Positions 62,091-64,000 of a stretch of 64,000 nucleotides of DNA are shown here, one piece after another. The notes under the pieces were generated by a model. That model searched no databases. It was given only the letters and a program-made list of their open reading frames with translations, and was not told where the DNA came from. This stretch comes from Eutreptiella sp. 'Long Island Sound 2002' (lineage: Eukaryota > Protista > Euglenida). The position numbers and the translations under genes are program-made. Where the stretch lies: assembly GCA_964036045.1 (NCBI GenBank), contig OZ038379.1, forward strand, positions 29,512,001-29,576,000, in the 5' to 3' direction. Within the stretch, counting starts at the first letter, position 1. Each line of letters starts with the position of its first letter.

Positions 62091-63278
62091 TTACTGAAAA
62101 TGCATGCATGTAGGCGATGTACCCACTTGTGGCCACGTAGTGGCCGCTAGGCCTATGTAGCCCGTGCCATGGGCGCTCCGAAAGCCCCAAAATTGTTGTT
62201 GTGTAGGCTATGTAGTGGCACCTGAAAAAATTTCACATTTGGACTTTTTCCGAAACCCTTCTGTTGCCCGTAGGTTGTGTTTGGGTGATCATTTGGTGAC
62301 AATACGGGTACTTAAGCGCCCATGGGGACCCACGTAGTGGCCACTGGGCCCATCTAGCCCGAGCCATGGGCCCCCCAAAAGCTTCGAAATTGCTGTTTGT
62401 AGGTGGTTCACTGGATTTGGTGGGCTCGTCTAGGGCGGATGACTCGTCTGGTCGACTTGTTTTGAGGTGCGGGGGCATTTGGGTCATGCACCATGACTGC
62501 GTCGGTGCCATTCGTGACGAGACAGAGGAGCAGGGTGATGTAAAACAAGGTCCCTACTTCTAGGTTTGACTCGCAAGGGGTTTATTAGGGAGGTGCTCTT
62601 CAGGGAAACGCGTGCACAATGGATTAGTGCAGCAGCAAACACGACGAGCGATAGTACAATCACCGGGGAGGCAATCGCAAGCAGTGACATCGCGGGATCA
62701 CATGCAGCATGAGGTGTGACAGCCATGGGTAGCTGTCGTCTGGGACGCGGGGGGCGTGTAGACGTTCACGCGCGTGCTAGCATGACAAGGTTGCCTGCCG
62801 TGAGCGGCTGTCCTCGCCGGCTCTTGCTTCCTCGGAGCCAATAAGCCTTCCAATCTCCCATTTCCACCAATCGGCGTCTACCTCTTCCTGCCTTTCCTTG
62901 GGCAATCGAAGAAGTTCTCCTATGACATTCGCCTGTTGAGTCGCATGTTGGCCTCAAGCTCGCACCGTCCCAAAGTTGGTTTCGAAAATGGTGTTGTGGC
63001 AGACGACTGCGGATGCTGTGTGTTTATATGTGCAAACGAACTCCTGCTCGCCACATTGCTGCTGTTGGAGGGTGACACTCGACTTGAACGACCCAAATGG
63101 GCTCGTAAGCTTACGAACGGTGTCTTCAGGCATCATGTGCGGTACCGTGACAGACACTTGTTCTTCGGCTTCCGGGGTGCTTTCTTTATTTTCTTACGAC
63201 GCATAGGATTTTTTATTGCAAATTGAGCCTTTGGGGGAGGAGCAGGTTGGTTCTTGTCACAAGTTTCAGTGTCCTCGT

Positions 63279-64000
63279 CTAGATCACACTCCTCTCATGT
63301 ACCAAAGGAAACCGGTTCACCGAGCTGCATAGCCTGTAGCCATGTGTCCCAAGGACATATATAAAGCAATCGAACCGTGCCACCGGGTTGCTCAACTCAC
63401 GAGTGAAATTGGCCAGCTCAGTTTGCAACAGAAACAAAGCTGGGATATAATCCAACGACAATGTCTTTAAAGCGGTGACATTAGCCTTCACATGTTGAGC
63501 CCTTGTTGTGGAATCGGCTCCGCATTTCGCAACATTATTCACACAGACGTTCGGTCGAGGCTGCAAAGCGGATGCAGTGACCAGCATACATGCAACCACT
63601 CGTTCAATGTGTAGAAGCTTCGGAAATGCCCGTACTTGAAGAGCGGCCCCAAGGGGGCCATATGTAGTTGCAACAAACAGTGGCTAAAAGACTCGGTAGC
63701 ACAATTGGCACAGTACTTATAAGGATGCCGTATCCCGAAAATGGGTGGTACCTTTGTCAGCAGCCCCCGCGATTCCAAGGGGATATAGGTTGAACTGTAG
63801 CACAATTTGGTCATCCTATAATGAATGTTTCCGTCCACAAACATTGAGAACGGGGTTTGTGTATGTTTTTGAATGTCCGCCATGGTGTGCACTAGTAGTA
63901 CTACATCATCTTGTTTGCCTGTTTGTGCTTGTGTGATCATGAAGGGGTGCCAGGGTTGGCTGGTGTGTGCACATCCAGGGGACAACGTAGGTGAGTCTAA
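63279..64000 (-). pseudogene. Second, collinear copy of the same unclassified transposase-like family (runs off the window end)
   Basis: ORFs 63539-63985 and 63279-63599 contain MFVDGNIHYRMTKLCYS, FGIRHPYKYC and LDYIPALFLL in order on one strand, with frameshifts. Confidence 0.55.

Overview
Eukaryotic nuclear DNA with canonical GT-AG introns, (TG)n microsatellites, poly-G/C tracts and degenerate TTAGGG/CCCTAA tracts. The texture reminds me of euglenid assemblies, but I cannot confirm the organism. The window is dominated by one + strand multi-exon gene that the six-frame track splits into unrelated-looking ORFs. It spans at least 11335-56395 and probably 4499-56395. Splice-phase-consistent exons give an SRA/YDG domain (exons at about 11.3, 24.8 and 44.5 kb), a possible beta-grasp-like insert, a cysteine-poor pre-SET-like segment, and SET plus post-SET. 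This is a SUVH/KRYPTONITE-like histone lysine methyltransferase. Upstream, four paralogous winged-helix-like domains each sit on their own symmetric phase-1 exon and probably form its N-terminus. The SRA pocket and the SET active site carry unusual substitutions. Introns of 13.1 kb and 19.6 kb hold hairpin satellites, minisatellites, an apparently intact spliced pogo-type DD35D transposon with extra domains, a decayed piggyBac transposase with a neighbouring multi-exon pseudogene, MITEs and fragments of an unclassified transposase-like family. I found no rRNA, tRNA or CRISPR array. All translations and alignments were done by eye, without database searches.
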